NCBI GenBank assembly: GCA_023424995.1
Contig: JAFADH010000332.1
Location: forward strand, 17,237 to 81,236
Length of the DNA: 64,000 nucleotides
Direction: 5' to 3'
Origin: Bacillota bacterium
Lineage (GTDB): Bacteria > Bacillota > Clostridia > Lachnospirales > Lachnospiraceae
The notes under the pieces are model-generated. The model was given only the letters and a program-made list of their open reading frames with translations. It was not told where the DNA came from and did no database searches. The position numbers and the translations under genes are program-made. This document shows, piece by piece, positions 54,626 to 63,268 of the stretch (positions within the stretch are counted from its first letter, which is position 1; each line of letters starts with the position of its first letter).

Positions 54626-55690
54626 ATGACCAAAGAAGAACTATCGATATATAATGTCGGAGAAAATCTGGATAATCTGATGAATTTGGATCCCAGAGGC
54701 TATGGGGTATGCCGTATTCTGTATCATGGGAGCAGAGAATATACGGGAGAGCCACTCACCACTCATTCGGCAAAGAAACTGGTTCAATATATTCAGCCGG
54801 GAGATTTTGTATATATCATCACAGGGTTTATACTGCTTCCTTATAAGGTGCCGGAGATGGACGGGATGGTCAGCTCCATGCTGCTTGCCCGCTCCCTTGT
54901 GGCAGCCTTCGATGCAAAGCCGGTTATTATCTGCCCGGAGGATTGCCTGGAGGCCGTTAAGAAATGTGCGCCTGTTGTAGGACTGCATTGCTTTGAAGAT
55001 ATCGGCCGGATTGCAGACTTGCCGCTCTCCATGGGAGTTATTGCATTTACAAAGGATAAGAACAAGGCTGAGAAGCAGGCGGATGAAATCATTGCAGACA
55101 GACTTCCCAGGGCGGTAATATCGGTGGAGGCACCGGGAGCCAATGAGAGAGGGGAATACCATAATGCGGCAGGCGTGAATGTAACGGAACTGGAAGCCAA
55201 GACGGATATACTGTTTAAAAAGCTTCAGGATAAAGGGGTCCTCAATTTTGCCATCGGGGATCTGGGCAATGAGATCGGCATGGGCTCCATCGGAGAGCAT
55301 ATAAGCAGATATGTTCCCTATACTTCGGTCAACCAGTGCAAGTGTGACTGCGGCAGCGGCACGCTGGCAGCTACCGGGGCGGATAATATTATAACGGCTA
55401 CCGTATCCGACTGGGGCTGCTATGGATTGATGGCAGCCATCGCCTACCTTAAGAGGGATATGAATATCTTTCATGACGGTGAGCTGCAGGCTCAGCTGAT
55501 GCGCACGGCGGCAGCCAGCGGAATGATCGATATGACGGGCTCTCTGATTCCCGGTATTGATGGTTTTGACTTGAGAATGAATATGACTATCGTAGAATTA
55601 ATGCGCGGGTGTACGGATTATGCCCTCGGATATGAGGGGAATGGCGGACATTGGTTTGAGAATGTACTGGCGAAAGGCTTCTTTCAGTAG
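54626..55690 (+). CDS. DUF4392-domain protein (D-glutamate-cyclase-like C-terminal-type domain)
   Basis: The ORF runs from GTG 54587. The preferred start is ATG 54626 (MTKEELSIYNVGENLDNLMNLDPRGYGV). It has the conserved-looking motif GDLGNEIGMG. The family assignment is from memory. Confidence 0.55.
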   Translation: MTKEELSIYNVGENLDNLMNLDPRGYGVCRILYHGSREYTGEPLTTHSAKKLVQYIQPGDFVYIITGFILLPYKVPEMDGMVSSMLLARSLVAAFDAKPVIICPEDCLEAVKKCAPVVGLHCFEDIGRIADLPLSMGVIAFTKDKNKAEKQADEIIADRLPRAVISVEAPGANERGEYHNAAGVNVTELEAKTDILFKKLQDKGVLNFAIGDLGNEIGMGSIGEHISRYVPYTSVNQCKCDCGSGTLAATGADNIITATVSDWGCYGLMAAIAYLKRDMNIFHDGELQAQLMRTAAASGMIDMTGSLIPGIDGFDLRMNMTIVELMRGCTDYALGYEGNGGHWFENVLAKGFFQ

Positions 55691-55821
55691 AAGAATACGG
55701 AGATCCGGTCTTTTCGGGACCGGGGAAAAGGCAATCGAGCCGGAGCAGAATATTGTTTTCATACGGATATAGAATTTTGCGGAGATGGAACATTATATGA
55801 AGATAGAACATGGAGGTAAAT

Positions 55822-56547
55822 ATGTCTGGGATTCGTATCTTGCCGGCAGGAGATCTGGCACTGGTCGTAGAGTTCGGGAATGAGATAAGCAACGCCTGCA
55901 ACGAGAAGGTCGGCCAGTTAAACCAAAGCTTAAAAAGGAATAATATCAGGGGTATCGTTGAGACGGTGCCTACTTATCGTTCTCTATTGATTTATTATGA
56001 TCCTCTGCAGCTTAGCTTTAAAAAATTAAGCAGATATATCCGGTCCGCGACCAGAGCGGCCGGAGTGACGACAGCGGTTACGAGAAGAAGAGTCACGATT
56101 CCGGTATGCTATGGCGGACAGTACGGCGAGGACCTGGCTGATGTGGCACAGCATACGGGCATGAGTGAGGAGGAGGTCATAAGCCTGCATTCCTCAGTGG
56201 ATTACCGGATCTTTATGATGGGCTTTCTGCCGGGCTTTCCTTATCTTGGCGGCATGGATCCAAGACTTAAGACACCAAGACTGTCAAATCCCAGGACCTC
56301 CATTCCGGCGGGTTCTGTGGGAATCGGCGGAGAACAGACCGGAGTCTATCCCATCGCTTCACCCGGCGGATGGCGTCTGATCGGCAGGACTCCGCTGAAG
56401 CTGTATGACAGGGAAGGTGAGAAGCCTACCATATATCAGGCAGGAGATTTTATACGGTTTCAACCCGTAGGTGAAGAAGAGTACCTTCGAATTGAGGAAC
56501 AGGTGAAGCTTGGCGGGTATCAGTGTAAAATTACGGCGGTTGAATAG
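55822..56547 (+). CDS. pxpB: 5-oxoprolinase subunit B (KipI / allophanate hydrolase subunit 1 family)
   Basis: The preferred start is ATG 55822 (MSGIRILPAGDLALVVEFG), 5 nt after GGAGG. It has MMGFLPGFPYLGG and IGGEQTGVYPIASPGGWRLIGRTP. Confidence 0.85.
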   Translation: MSGIRILPAGDLALVVEFGNEISNACNEKVGQLNQSLKRNNIRGIVETVPTYRSLLIYYDPLQLSFKKLSRYIRSATRAAGVTTAVTRRRVTIPVCYGGQYGEDLADVAQHTGMSEEEVISLHSSVDYRIFMMGFLPGFPYLGGMDPRLKTPRLSNPRTSIPAGSVGIGGEQTGVYPIASPGGWRLIGRTPLKLYDREGEKPTIYQAGDFIRFQPVGEEEYLRIEEQVKLGGYQCKITAVE

Positions 56548-56721
56548 CCCGTATGGATGTAATGCCTGCTTTCTTAACATATATAGGGCGGCAGGATAAT
56601 ACCGCTGCAAAGCGCTGCAGGCTCTCAGCCGTAAAGAATGGGCGTTGATTATAAGCATTTTCCTGCTTATGGCTTTGTATATGGCATGAAGCAAATAGAT
56701 TATGAAAGGCATGGTATTGTT

Positions 56722-57666
56722 ATGAGTATTCAGATTATAACTCCCGGTGCAATGACCACAATACAGGATTATGGAAGGACGGGCTATGGAGAGATAGGGA
56801 TCGCACCCTCCGGAGCCGTGGATAAAACCGCCATGGAGCTGGCTAATATTCTGGTAGGGAATGATATGGGAGAAGCTGTGCTGGAATGTACCCTGCTTGG
56901 GCCTGCCATACATTTTACAGAGGATGCTGTCATAGCGATTACCGGAGGATATATGGAGCCGAAGGTTAACGACAGGGAGCTTCCCCTGAATACGGCAATA
57001 TCCGTCATGGCAGGTGAGGATCTGAATCTGGGTTATGCCGTGACAGGCAGCAGAAGCTATATATCCTTTGCCGGAGGGCTAAAAATACGTCCCCACCTGG
57101 AGAGTAAATCCACCAACCTGCAATGCGGTATCGGCGGCCTGCAGGGCAGGGCTCTGAAAGCCGGGGATGAGATACAATTAAATAAATCCGTATCAGCATT
57201 AACCGGGATGGAAAACCGGTGTTATAATATATTCGCTGCCGTTGCCGCTCCGAAGAAGGTACGGGTAGTGTTAGGACCCCAGGAGGATTATTTTACGGAG
57301 GAAGGACTTCGTACCTTTGTGACCGGTACCTACCGGCTTACCAGTGACTCCAACCGGATGGCCTGTAAGCTCTCGGGTCCTGTGATAGAGGGAAAGCAGC
57401 CCACGGATATCATCTCTGACGGAATATCCCTGGGTGCGATCCAGGTGTCTTCCAACGGACAGCCCATCGTCATGCTCTGCGACAGGCAGACCACGGGAGG
57501 GTATGCGAAGATCGGTACGGTGATATCCACAGATATCTCCGTCCTTGCACAGTGTAAACCGGGGGATGAGATTCTGTTCGAGCCCATATCCCTGAAGGAA
57601 GCCCAGAAGCTGTATAAGAAGCGTACGGAGAATATGCGGAAGCTTCAAAGACGGGTGAATGGCTGA
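56722..57666 (+). CDS. pxpC: 5-oxoprolinase subunit C (KipA / allophanate hydrolase subunit 2 family)
   Basis: The ORF runs from 56638. The preferred start is ATG 56722 (MSIQIITPGAMTTIQDYGRTGY). It has DRQTTGGYAKIGTVIS. Confidence 0.85.
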   Translation: MSIQIITPGAMTTIQDYGRTGYGEIGIAPSGAVDKTAMELANILVGNDMGEAVLECTLLGPAIHFTEDAVIAITGGYMEPKVNDRELPLNTAISVMAGEDLNLGYAVTGSRSYISFAGGLKIRPHLESKSTNLQCGIGGLQGRALKAGDEIQLNKSVSALTGMENRCYNIFAAVAAPKKVRVVLGPQEDYFTEEGLRTFVTGTYRLTSDSNRMACKLSGPVIEGKQPTDIISDGISLGAIQVSSNGQPIVMLCDRQTTGGYAKIGTVISTDISVLAQCKPGDEILFEPISLKEAQKLYKKRTENMRKLQRRVNG

Positions 57667-57795
57667 AACGGGTGGAATGTGAAGCAGTCAAAGAAGATTG
57701 TGGGCGAAGGATTTGACTTTATGCGGCTGAATTGGCGTTACTGAATTAGTGCTGCCGTAAACGGATACGGCAGCAGATGAATGGAGGAAGGAAGC

Positions 57796-58581
57796 ATGGA
57801 TTACAGAACTTACAGCCCGGACCGGGTAAGGAAGCTGATCAGGGAAGGAAAGATTACCTCACCCACAGCGGGAATGTGCGGCGGTTATGCCCAGGCCAAT
57901 CTTGTAATATTACCGAAGGAGCTGGCATACGATTTTCTCTTATTTGCCCAGAGGAATCCCAAGGCCTGCCCCATCCTTGAGGTCCTGGACGAGGGCAGCA
58001 GGGAAGTCAGGTATATGGCAAAGGATGCGGATATCGCAACAGATTTCCCCAGGTACAGAGTCTATGAATACGGTGAATTAACGGGGGAATATACGGAGGC
58101 TGCCTCTTTCTGGAGACCTGATTTTGTCAGCTTCTTAATCGGCTGCAGCTTCTCCTTCGAGGAGGAGCTTCTGGAAGCGAATATCACAGTGCGGCATATT
58201 GAAGAGCAATGCAATGTACCCATGTATCTGACGAACATTCCGTGTGAAAGTGCGGGAGTCTTCTCCGGCAATATGGTGGTAAGCATGCGTCCCATTCCAT
58301 ATAAGGATGTACCCAGAGCAGTATCGGTAACCGCCGCCATGCCCAGAGTTCATGGGGCACCGGTCCATATAGGCGGTCCTGAGATAATCGGAATTAAGGA
58401 TATCGGCAAGCCGGATTTCGGAGACAGCGTGACAATTAAGGAGGGTGAGGTACCGGTATTCTGGCCGTGCGGTGTTACTCCTCAGGCGGCACTTATGGCA
58501 TCCAAGCCTGCTTTTGCCATTACACATGCTCCGGGGCATATGTTTATAACGGATGTGAAGAATGTGGAGCTGAAGCTGTAG
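57796..58581 (+). CDS. DUF1445 / UPF0317 putative hydro-lyase (YcsI-like; D-glutamate-cyclase-type domain)
   Basis: The preferred start is ATG 57796 (MDYRTYSPDRVRKLIREGKITSPTAGMCGGYAQANLVILP) after GGAGGAAGG. The AGxxxGYxQANLVILP motif is typical of UPF0317. Confidence 0.75.
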   Translation: MDYRTYSPDRVRKLIREGKITSPTAGMCGGYAQANLVILPKELAYDFLLFAQRNPKACPILEVLDEGSREVRYMAKDADIATDFPRYRVYEYGELTGEYTEAASFWRPDFVSFLIGCSFSFEEELLEANITVRHIEEQCNVPMYLTNIPCESAGVFSGNMVVSMRPIPYKDVPRAVSVTAAMPRVHGAPVHIGGPEIIGIKDIGKPDFGDSVTIKEGEVPVFWPCGVTPQAALMASKPAFAITHAPGHMFITDVKNVELKL

Positions 58582-58597
58582 TATATGGACAAGACCT

Positions 58598-58770
58598 GGT
58601 ATAATGACGATGGATATTATACCGGTGCCTAACAGAGTGAGTACGCATCACCGGCAGGTTATACCGGGTATCACATAAGCTTATCGATATGGCATAATAT
58701 CGCAGATATGTACCGGCGCTGAACAAAGTGTATGCATATCATCGGCAGGTGATACGGGCATGATAAAAGT
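58598..58770 (+). repeat. imperfect tandem duplication of about 90 bp (2 copies) in the DUF1445-pxpA spacer
   Basis: Unit 1 (58598-58690) reads GGTATAATGACGATGGATATTATACCGGTGCCTAACAGAGTGAGTACGCATCACCGGCAGGTTATACCGGGTATCACATAAG. Unit 2 (58691-58770) reads GGCATAATATCGCAGATATGTACCGGCGCTGAACAAAGTGTATGCATATCATCGGCAGGTGATACGGGCATGATAAAAG. Confidence 0.6.
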
Positions 58771-58888
58771 TCGGTATAGCAATATGGTTTTATACTAAAA
58801 TGTGTATGTAATAGATACATGTAAATCCATTATAAATGTTTGCCTGTGTTTTATATATACAGGCTGTATGAAAGTCAGGAGGGCCTTG

Positions 58889-59644
58889 ATGTATCAGATT
58901 GATTTAAACTGTGATTTAGGTGAAAGCTACGGAAGATATACTCTGGGTATGGATGAGGAGGTTATCCCCTACATATCCTCTGCCAATATTGCCTGCGGAT
59001 ACCATGCCTCCGATCCGGAGATCATGGAGAAGACGGTCGGGCTGGCGAAGGCGAACGGTGTACATGTGGGTGCACATACCGGTTTCCCGGATCTGCTGGG
59101 CTTTGGAAGAAGAGATATGAAGCTTTCCCATAGTGAAGCAAAAACCTGCACCATGTATCAAATCGGTGCACTGGATGCCTTCTGCCGGGCGGCAGGGGTT
59201 CCCTTATACCATGTAAAGCCTCATGGTGCATTTTATAATATGGCGGCCAAGGATTATGATCTCTCACTGGCCATCTGCGAAGGAATCGCCGCGATTGATC
59301 CTAAGATTGTGTTATTGGGCCTTAGCAACAGCCAGATGGAGAAGGCGGCAAAGGCAGTCGGAATACCATATAAACAGGAGGTATTCGCAGACCGCGCCTA
59401 TGAAGATGACGGTACCCTGGTTGCCAGAAGCAAGCCGGGATCCATGATAGAAGACGAAGAATTAGCGATCCGCCGTGTGGTTGATATGGTGAAGAAGGGT
59501 AAAGTTACGTCCATCACCGGCAAGGAGATAGAGCTTAAGGCAGATTCCGTATGTGTACACGGCGACGGTGCGAAGGCGCTGGCTTTTGTGAAGCTGATCC
59601 GCAGGACGCTGCAGGAGGAAGGAATTGAAGTGAAGGCATTTTGA
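58889..59644 (+). CDS. pxpA: 5-oxoprolinase subunit A (LamB/YcsF family)
   Basis: The ORF runs from 58802. The preferred start is ATG 58889 (MYQIDLNCDLGESYG), 5 nt after AGGAGGG. DLNCDLGE and VKPHGAFYN are canonical LamB/YcsF motifs. Confidence 0.9.
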   Translation: MYQIDLNCDLGESYGRYTLGMDEEVIPYISSANIACGYHASDPEIMEKTVGLAKANGVHVGAHTGFPDLLGFGRRDMKLSHSEAKTCTMYQIGALDAFCRAAGVPLYHVKPHGAFYNMAAKDYDLSLAICEGIAAIDPKIVLLGLSNSQMEKAAKAVGIPYKQEVFADRAYEDDGTLVARSKPGSMIEDEELAIRRVVDMVKKGKVTSITGKEIELKADSVCVHGDGAKALAFVKLIRRTLQEEGIEVKAF

Positions 59645-59918
59645 TTATTGTCGTTTGCATGCTATTATGTTAGCCAAAGCGGACGAAACAGAAGATGATA
59701 CTTTCAAAACCTCAAAATAATTCTTATAAATGTTAATAAAAATATAGATTTTCCCTATAAAAAATAAAATGGCAAATATAGTAAGGATGGGATAATGTAA
59801 CACCCATTTTACCTTTACTTTTGCCATTTTGTGTATTATAATAAAAATATAATAACAGTTCCTAATTGACAGAAGTATTTGGTAACCGGCAAGACTTATA
59901 AGAACAGGAGGGATTTAT

Positions 59919-60236
59919 ATGAAGTTAATCTATGTAATAGTCCGTAATATCGATAGCAGCTATGTAACGGAAGCGCTGAATAAAAAGGGATTTTACGTAA
60001 CGAAGCTTGCTTCTACGGGTGGCTTCTTACGGGAAGGTAATACAACTCTCATGATTGGTACGGATGAAGAGAAAGTAGATACCGTAATCGATATCGTTAA
60101 GAAGGAATGCGGACCGCGTCAGCAGATTATCTCCAATCCTGTGGGAGCTGCGGAATATGCCTCTATGAATGTTGTGGTAAATGTCGGCGGTGCCACTATC
60201 TTTGTTACCGATGTGGATCGATTTGAAAAGATATAA
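59919..60236 (+). CDS. darA: cyclic-di-AMP receptor DarA/PstA (PII-like, DUF970, YaaQ)
   Basis: MKLIYVIVRNIDSSYVTEALNKKGFYVTKLASTGGFLREGNTTLMIGT...VGGATIFVTDVDRFEKI follows B. subtilis YaaQ closely ([29 protein letters not shown]). Confidence 0.85.
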   Translation: MKLIYVIVRNIDSSYVTEALNKKGFYVTKLASTGGFLREGNTTLMIGTDEEKVDTVIDIVKKECGPRQQIISNPVGAAEYASMNVVVNVGGATIFVTDVDRFEKI

Positions 60237-60269
60237 TTTAATATAATAATTAATAAGAATTCAAACCGT

Positions 60270-60491
60270 TGATTAAGAATAGTACTCATAACAGTGAAAT
60301 TTCAGAGAGTTGCCGGTGGTGTGAAGGCAGTATTTTAAGTTATGACGAATGGACTTATGAGGGAAGCCCGAATTAAAAGTAGGCGCTTACGGAAACTCTA
60401 ACCGTTATGATGAGAGCATGTGTCTGCATGTGATACCATTGGATGGCTTACAGAATAGACTTCTGTTCCTTTTGGGAACAGAAGTTTTTTT
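60270..60491 (+). promoter_or_regulatory. T-box riboswitch leader with Trp (UGG) specifier and no downstream ORF
   Basis: - Stem I is AGAATAGTA ... TCATAAC/GTTATGA.
- The distal element CAGAGAGTTGCCGGTGGTGTGAAGGCAG is of the T-box AG-bay/distal-loop type.
- The specifier context is CGAA-TGG-A (TGG at 60350-60352).
- The T-box-like GGATGGCTTAC carries TGGC at 60444-60447.
- A competing helix ACAGAA/TTCTGT overlaps the terminator 5' arm.
- The terminator is ACTTCTGTTCC-TTTTG-GGAACAGAAGT plus T7 (60459-60491). Confidence 0.55.
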
Positions 60492-60511
60492 ATTTGTATA
60501 AAAGAAGGAGG

Positions 60512-61696
60512 TTACACCCCAATCTGATGATTTTTGAAGCTGCGATAGCCGAATATAAGCAGTGCTGTTGAGATTACCCCATAGATAACAGGGACAACCT
60601 GATATGTAGTGAAGCATTGTTTAAATAACACATAATAAAATTCGGCAAATATGGCCGACGAACTCATAACATTCGCAGGGAAGGCCATAACCAGCTGAAG
60701 CAGGTGGCGGTATTGATGAGGTACATTTAAGAACATGCAGAGTATGGTGAAGGTACTGATAATAATAATTACTCCATAAGAGCTTTTCAGCTTTGCCGAT
60801 AAGAATATACTGAGGCTGGAGATCAATATGGAGGCTATGATTACCATGGCATTTAAAATCATAACACCCTCAAGCATGGATAACGGTGCAGTCGAGGATA
60901 TCAGAGAGAATTGTATGGGCGCATTCCATCCGCTGAAGCCATAGATGAACAGGGTCAGAAGATTCATGATAACCAACAGTAAAGAAGATGCAAAGATCCC
61001 AAAGCTGATTCCGGTTATCAGCTTGGCATGGATTGCTTTGTTCTTGCCGAATCTGGCAGACAACAGCACCTGGTCCGTATTCTCGGAGTATTCATTTGCA
61101 AATACAGGAGCAAGGCAGATGGCAATCAGGAAGGTTATTGTAAAACCAAGGGTGTAAATATTCTTGATAATATCGTCATACCCGTCAGCATATTGGAAGA
61201 TAAACGGAGTTTTTATCCGGCTGTTCTTCTCCAGATGCTTGCTGATCTCAATATCCGTAAGATTTTCCCGTTGAAAGAGTTCTGATATAAGCTGCATACG
61301 CAGTTCATAAAAGCTGTCAACATCCATCTGCTCCGGATCCTTCCATACGCTGCGGACCATCTGGTATATGGCGCTGTAAGGGCGGGCATAGGTCTGATAT
61401 TCCTTTGTTGCCGTATAGAGCGGGACATCCGGTACCTTACGGTAAGCCTCCTGCATCTCACGAATCAATTCCCCGTCGATGTTCCGCCCGGCTAATGCTC
61501 CGGCATATGCCCGGTCGGTGGTAAGCTCCTCATAATGGGAATATGTCGGCTTGCCGTCGACATATACTGTTCCCCATGTCTTGGACAGGCAGGTCAACAA
61601 TACAAGAAATACAGCGGTAAACAGGGCAATCCAAGTGGATTTTCTCTTAAAAATTTTCTTATATTCATATCCGATCAAAATTAATAGACTATTCAT
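60512..61696 (-). CDS. ABC-2-type exporter permease
   Basis: The ORF extends to 61804. The preferred start is ATG 61696 (MNSLLILIGYEYKKIFKRKSTW), overlapping the ATPase stop by 8 nt. It has one N-terminal TM, a large extracytoplasmic loop and 5 C-terminal TMs. Confidence 0.7.
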   Translation of the reverse strand: MNSLLILIGYEYKKIFKRKSTWIALFTAVFLVLLTCLSKTWGTVYVDGKPTYSHYEELTTDRAYAGALAGRNIDGELIREMQEAYRKVPDVPLYTATKEYQTYARPYSAIYQMVRSVWKDPEQMDVDSFYELRMQLISELFQRENLTDIEISKHLEKNSRIKTPFIFQYADGYDDIIKNIYTLGFTITFLIAICLAPVFANEYSENTDQVLLSARFGKNKAIHAKLITGISFGIFASSLLLVIMNLLTLFIYGFSGWNAPIQFSLISSTAPLSMLEGVMILNAMVIIASILISSLSIFLSAKLKSSYGVIIIISTFTILCMFLNVPHQYRHLLQLVMAFPANVMSSSAIFAEFYYVLFKQCFTTYQVVPVIYGVISTALLIFGYRSFKNHQIGV

Positions 61697-62558
61697 TCCG
61701 GTTAACCTCGCTAAAATAATATAGGTACAGATCTTCAAGGGTCGCAGTAACATGGACCGCATTCTCACAGGGTATATCCTCACTGACCAGCCGCAGCTGT
61801 ACACCGTCTAAGTCCGAACGCATATTGATAACCGGGCAGGAGGACTTCAAGTGTTCTGCTGTCTGGCCGCTGACGGTACATTCCCATACCTTGTTCTCAA
61901 TCACTTGTATGATCTCAGACAAGCTTCCCTGCTGAAGAAGCTGGCCGTTCTTCATGATCAGTATGGTTCCTGCGATATATTCAATATCCGATACAATATG
62001 GGTGGACAATAATATGATCCGGTCCTTTCCCAGGGAGGAGATCATATTGCGGAACCGGATCCGTTCCTTGGGATCAAGCCCGGCAGTCGGTTCATCCAGT
62101 ATGAGGATCCTGGGATTATTGAGCAATGCTTGTGCAATACCCAATCTCTGCTTCATTCCGCCGGAGAAGGTTTTTATTTTTTTATTTGCCATATCCGTCA
62201 GAGAGACCTGCTCTAACAGTTCCATTGATTTCTGCCTGGCCTTTCTCTTTGGAAGGCCTTTCAAGGCTCCCATATAACACATGAAATCAAGGGCGGTAAA
62301 GCCGGGATAATATCCGAAATCCTGCGGAAGATAGCCCAGAACATCACGATACTCTTCGCTTGTTACAGAGAGGCGGTTATAGGTGACCTCTCCGCCGGTG
62401 GGAGTCAGTACACCGCAGATCATACGCATTAAGGTGGTTTTCCCGGAACCGTTTGCACCTAATAATCCGTAGATTCCGTTATGCATGCTTAAGGAAAGGC
62501 GGTCAACTGCGATTTTGTTCTTATATTGTTTGGTCAGACGGTCGAGCACGAGTTCCAT
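61689..62558 (-). CDS. ABC transporter ATP-binding protein
   Basis: Walker A is GANGSGKTT, the signature is FSGGMKQRLGIAQAL, and Walker B is LILDEPTAGLDP. Confidence 0.9.
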   Translation of the reverse strand: MELVLDRLTKQYKNKIAVDRLSLSMHNGIYGLLGANGSGKTTLMRMICGVLTPTGGEVTYNRLSVTSEEYRDVLGYLPQDFGYYPGFTALDFMCYMGALKGLPKRKARQKSMELLEQVSLTDMANKKIKTFSGGMKQRLGIAQALLNNPRILILDEPTAGLDPKERIRFRNMISSLGKDRIILLSTHIVSDIEYIAGTILIMKNGQLLQQGSLSEIIQVIENKVWECTVSGQTAEHLKSSCPVINMRSDLDGVQLRLVSEDIPCENAVHVTATLEDLYLYYFSEVNRNE

Positions 62559-63268
62559 ATCAAATCCTCCGAATTTTTAATTAGTTTACGTATTTCCTTT
62601 GCAAGTAAAACGCTTAATACAGCGAATACCATAAGCCAAAGGATAAAGTACTTTTGTTCATAGATGACATACCACAATCGTCCGAAGATTAAACCGATAC
62701 CGCTGACGGCAGCAGCGATACCCGCACAGTAATAGGAGAACTCCTTCGAACGGATCCGACTGGCAAGAGAATAGGAACACAGGCAGGTGAAAAGATACGG
62801 AACAAGAAGATAAACACTTGTTTTCAAAAATTCCATATGAACCGCCCCGGCGAGAAATGGCATCAAGGTGAATAACAATATCGCGTTGCCGGCGCCAAGG
62901 ATACCGATTCTGACCAGCAGGATACTCTTCAGACTATGCCTTGTTGTCATTTCCAGCTCTGCCAGCCCCCAGGCGGCAGACCGCATGGTCTCAATTACGG
63001 TTATCATAGCCAGGAACGGCAGAAAGGCTGATATGCTCCACAGTAACTCTGTTTGCTCTAATTGAAGCAGTGAAACCGTATAACTGGCGAGCAGAAAAAG
63101 CAGGCTGGAGAACAGCCAATTTTTTTTATTTATATACCCTATTTGATTTATGACAAATTCATATTTCCTTGTCTTCGGATAATTTAGCGATTTTATGAAT
63201 TCTTCCTTCCGTAATGATGAAGGTGTATAAAAGGAAGCCTTTATATATTGCTTCATTTCTTTTTTCAC
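62534..63268 (-). CDS. polytopic membrane protein, putative anti-sigma factor
   Basis: 244 aa. A cytoplasmic N-terminus of about 50 aa precedes about 6 TM helices. The GTG start overlaps the sigma-factor stop (GTGA). The function is inferred from position only. Confidence 0.45.
   Translation of the reverse strand: MKKEMKQYIKASFYTPSSLRKEEFIKSLNYPKTRKYEFVINQIGYINKKNWLFSSLLFLLASYTVSLLQLEQTELLWSISAFLPFLAMITVIETMRSAAWGLAELEMTTRHSLKSILLVRIGILGAGNAILLFTLMPFLAGAVHMEFLKTSVYLLVPYLFTCLCSYSLASRIRSKEFSYYCAGIAAAVSGIGLIFGRLWYVIYEQKYFILWLMVFAVLSVLLAKEIRKLIKNSEDLIWNSCSTV

Noticed and set aside
59645-59827. 60-aa minus-strand ORF in the pxpA-darA spacer
   Set aside because: It is an AT-rich, hydrophobic-by-composition ORF with no SD. 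It overlaps the long hairpin. It is most likely non-coding.
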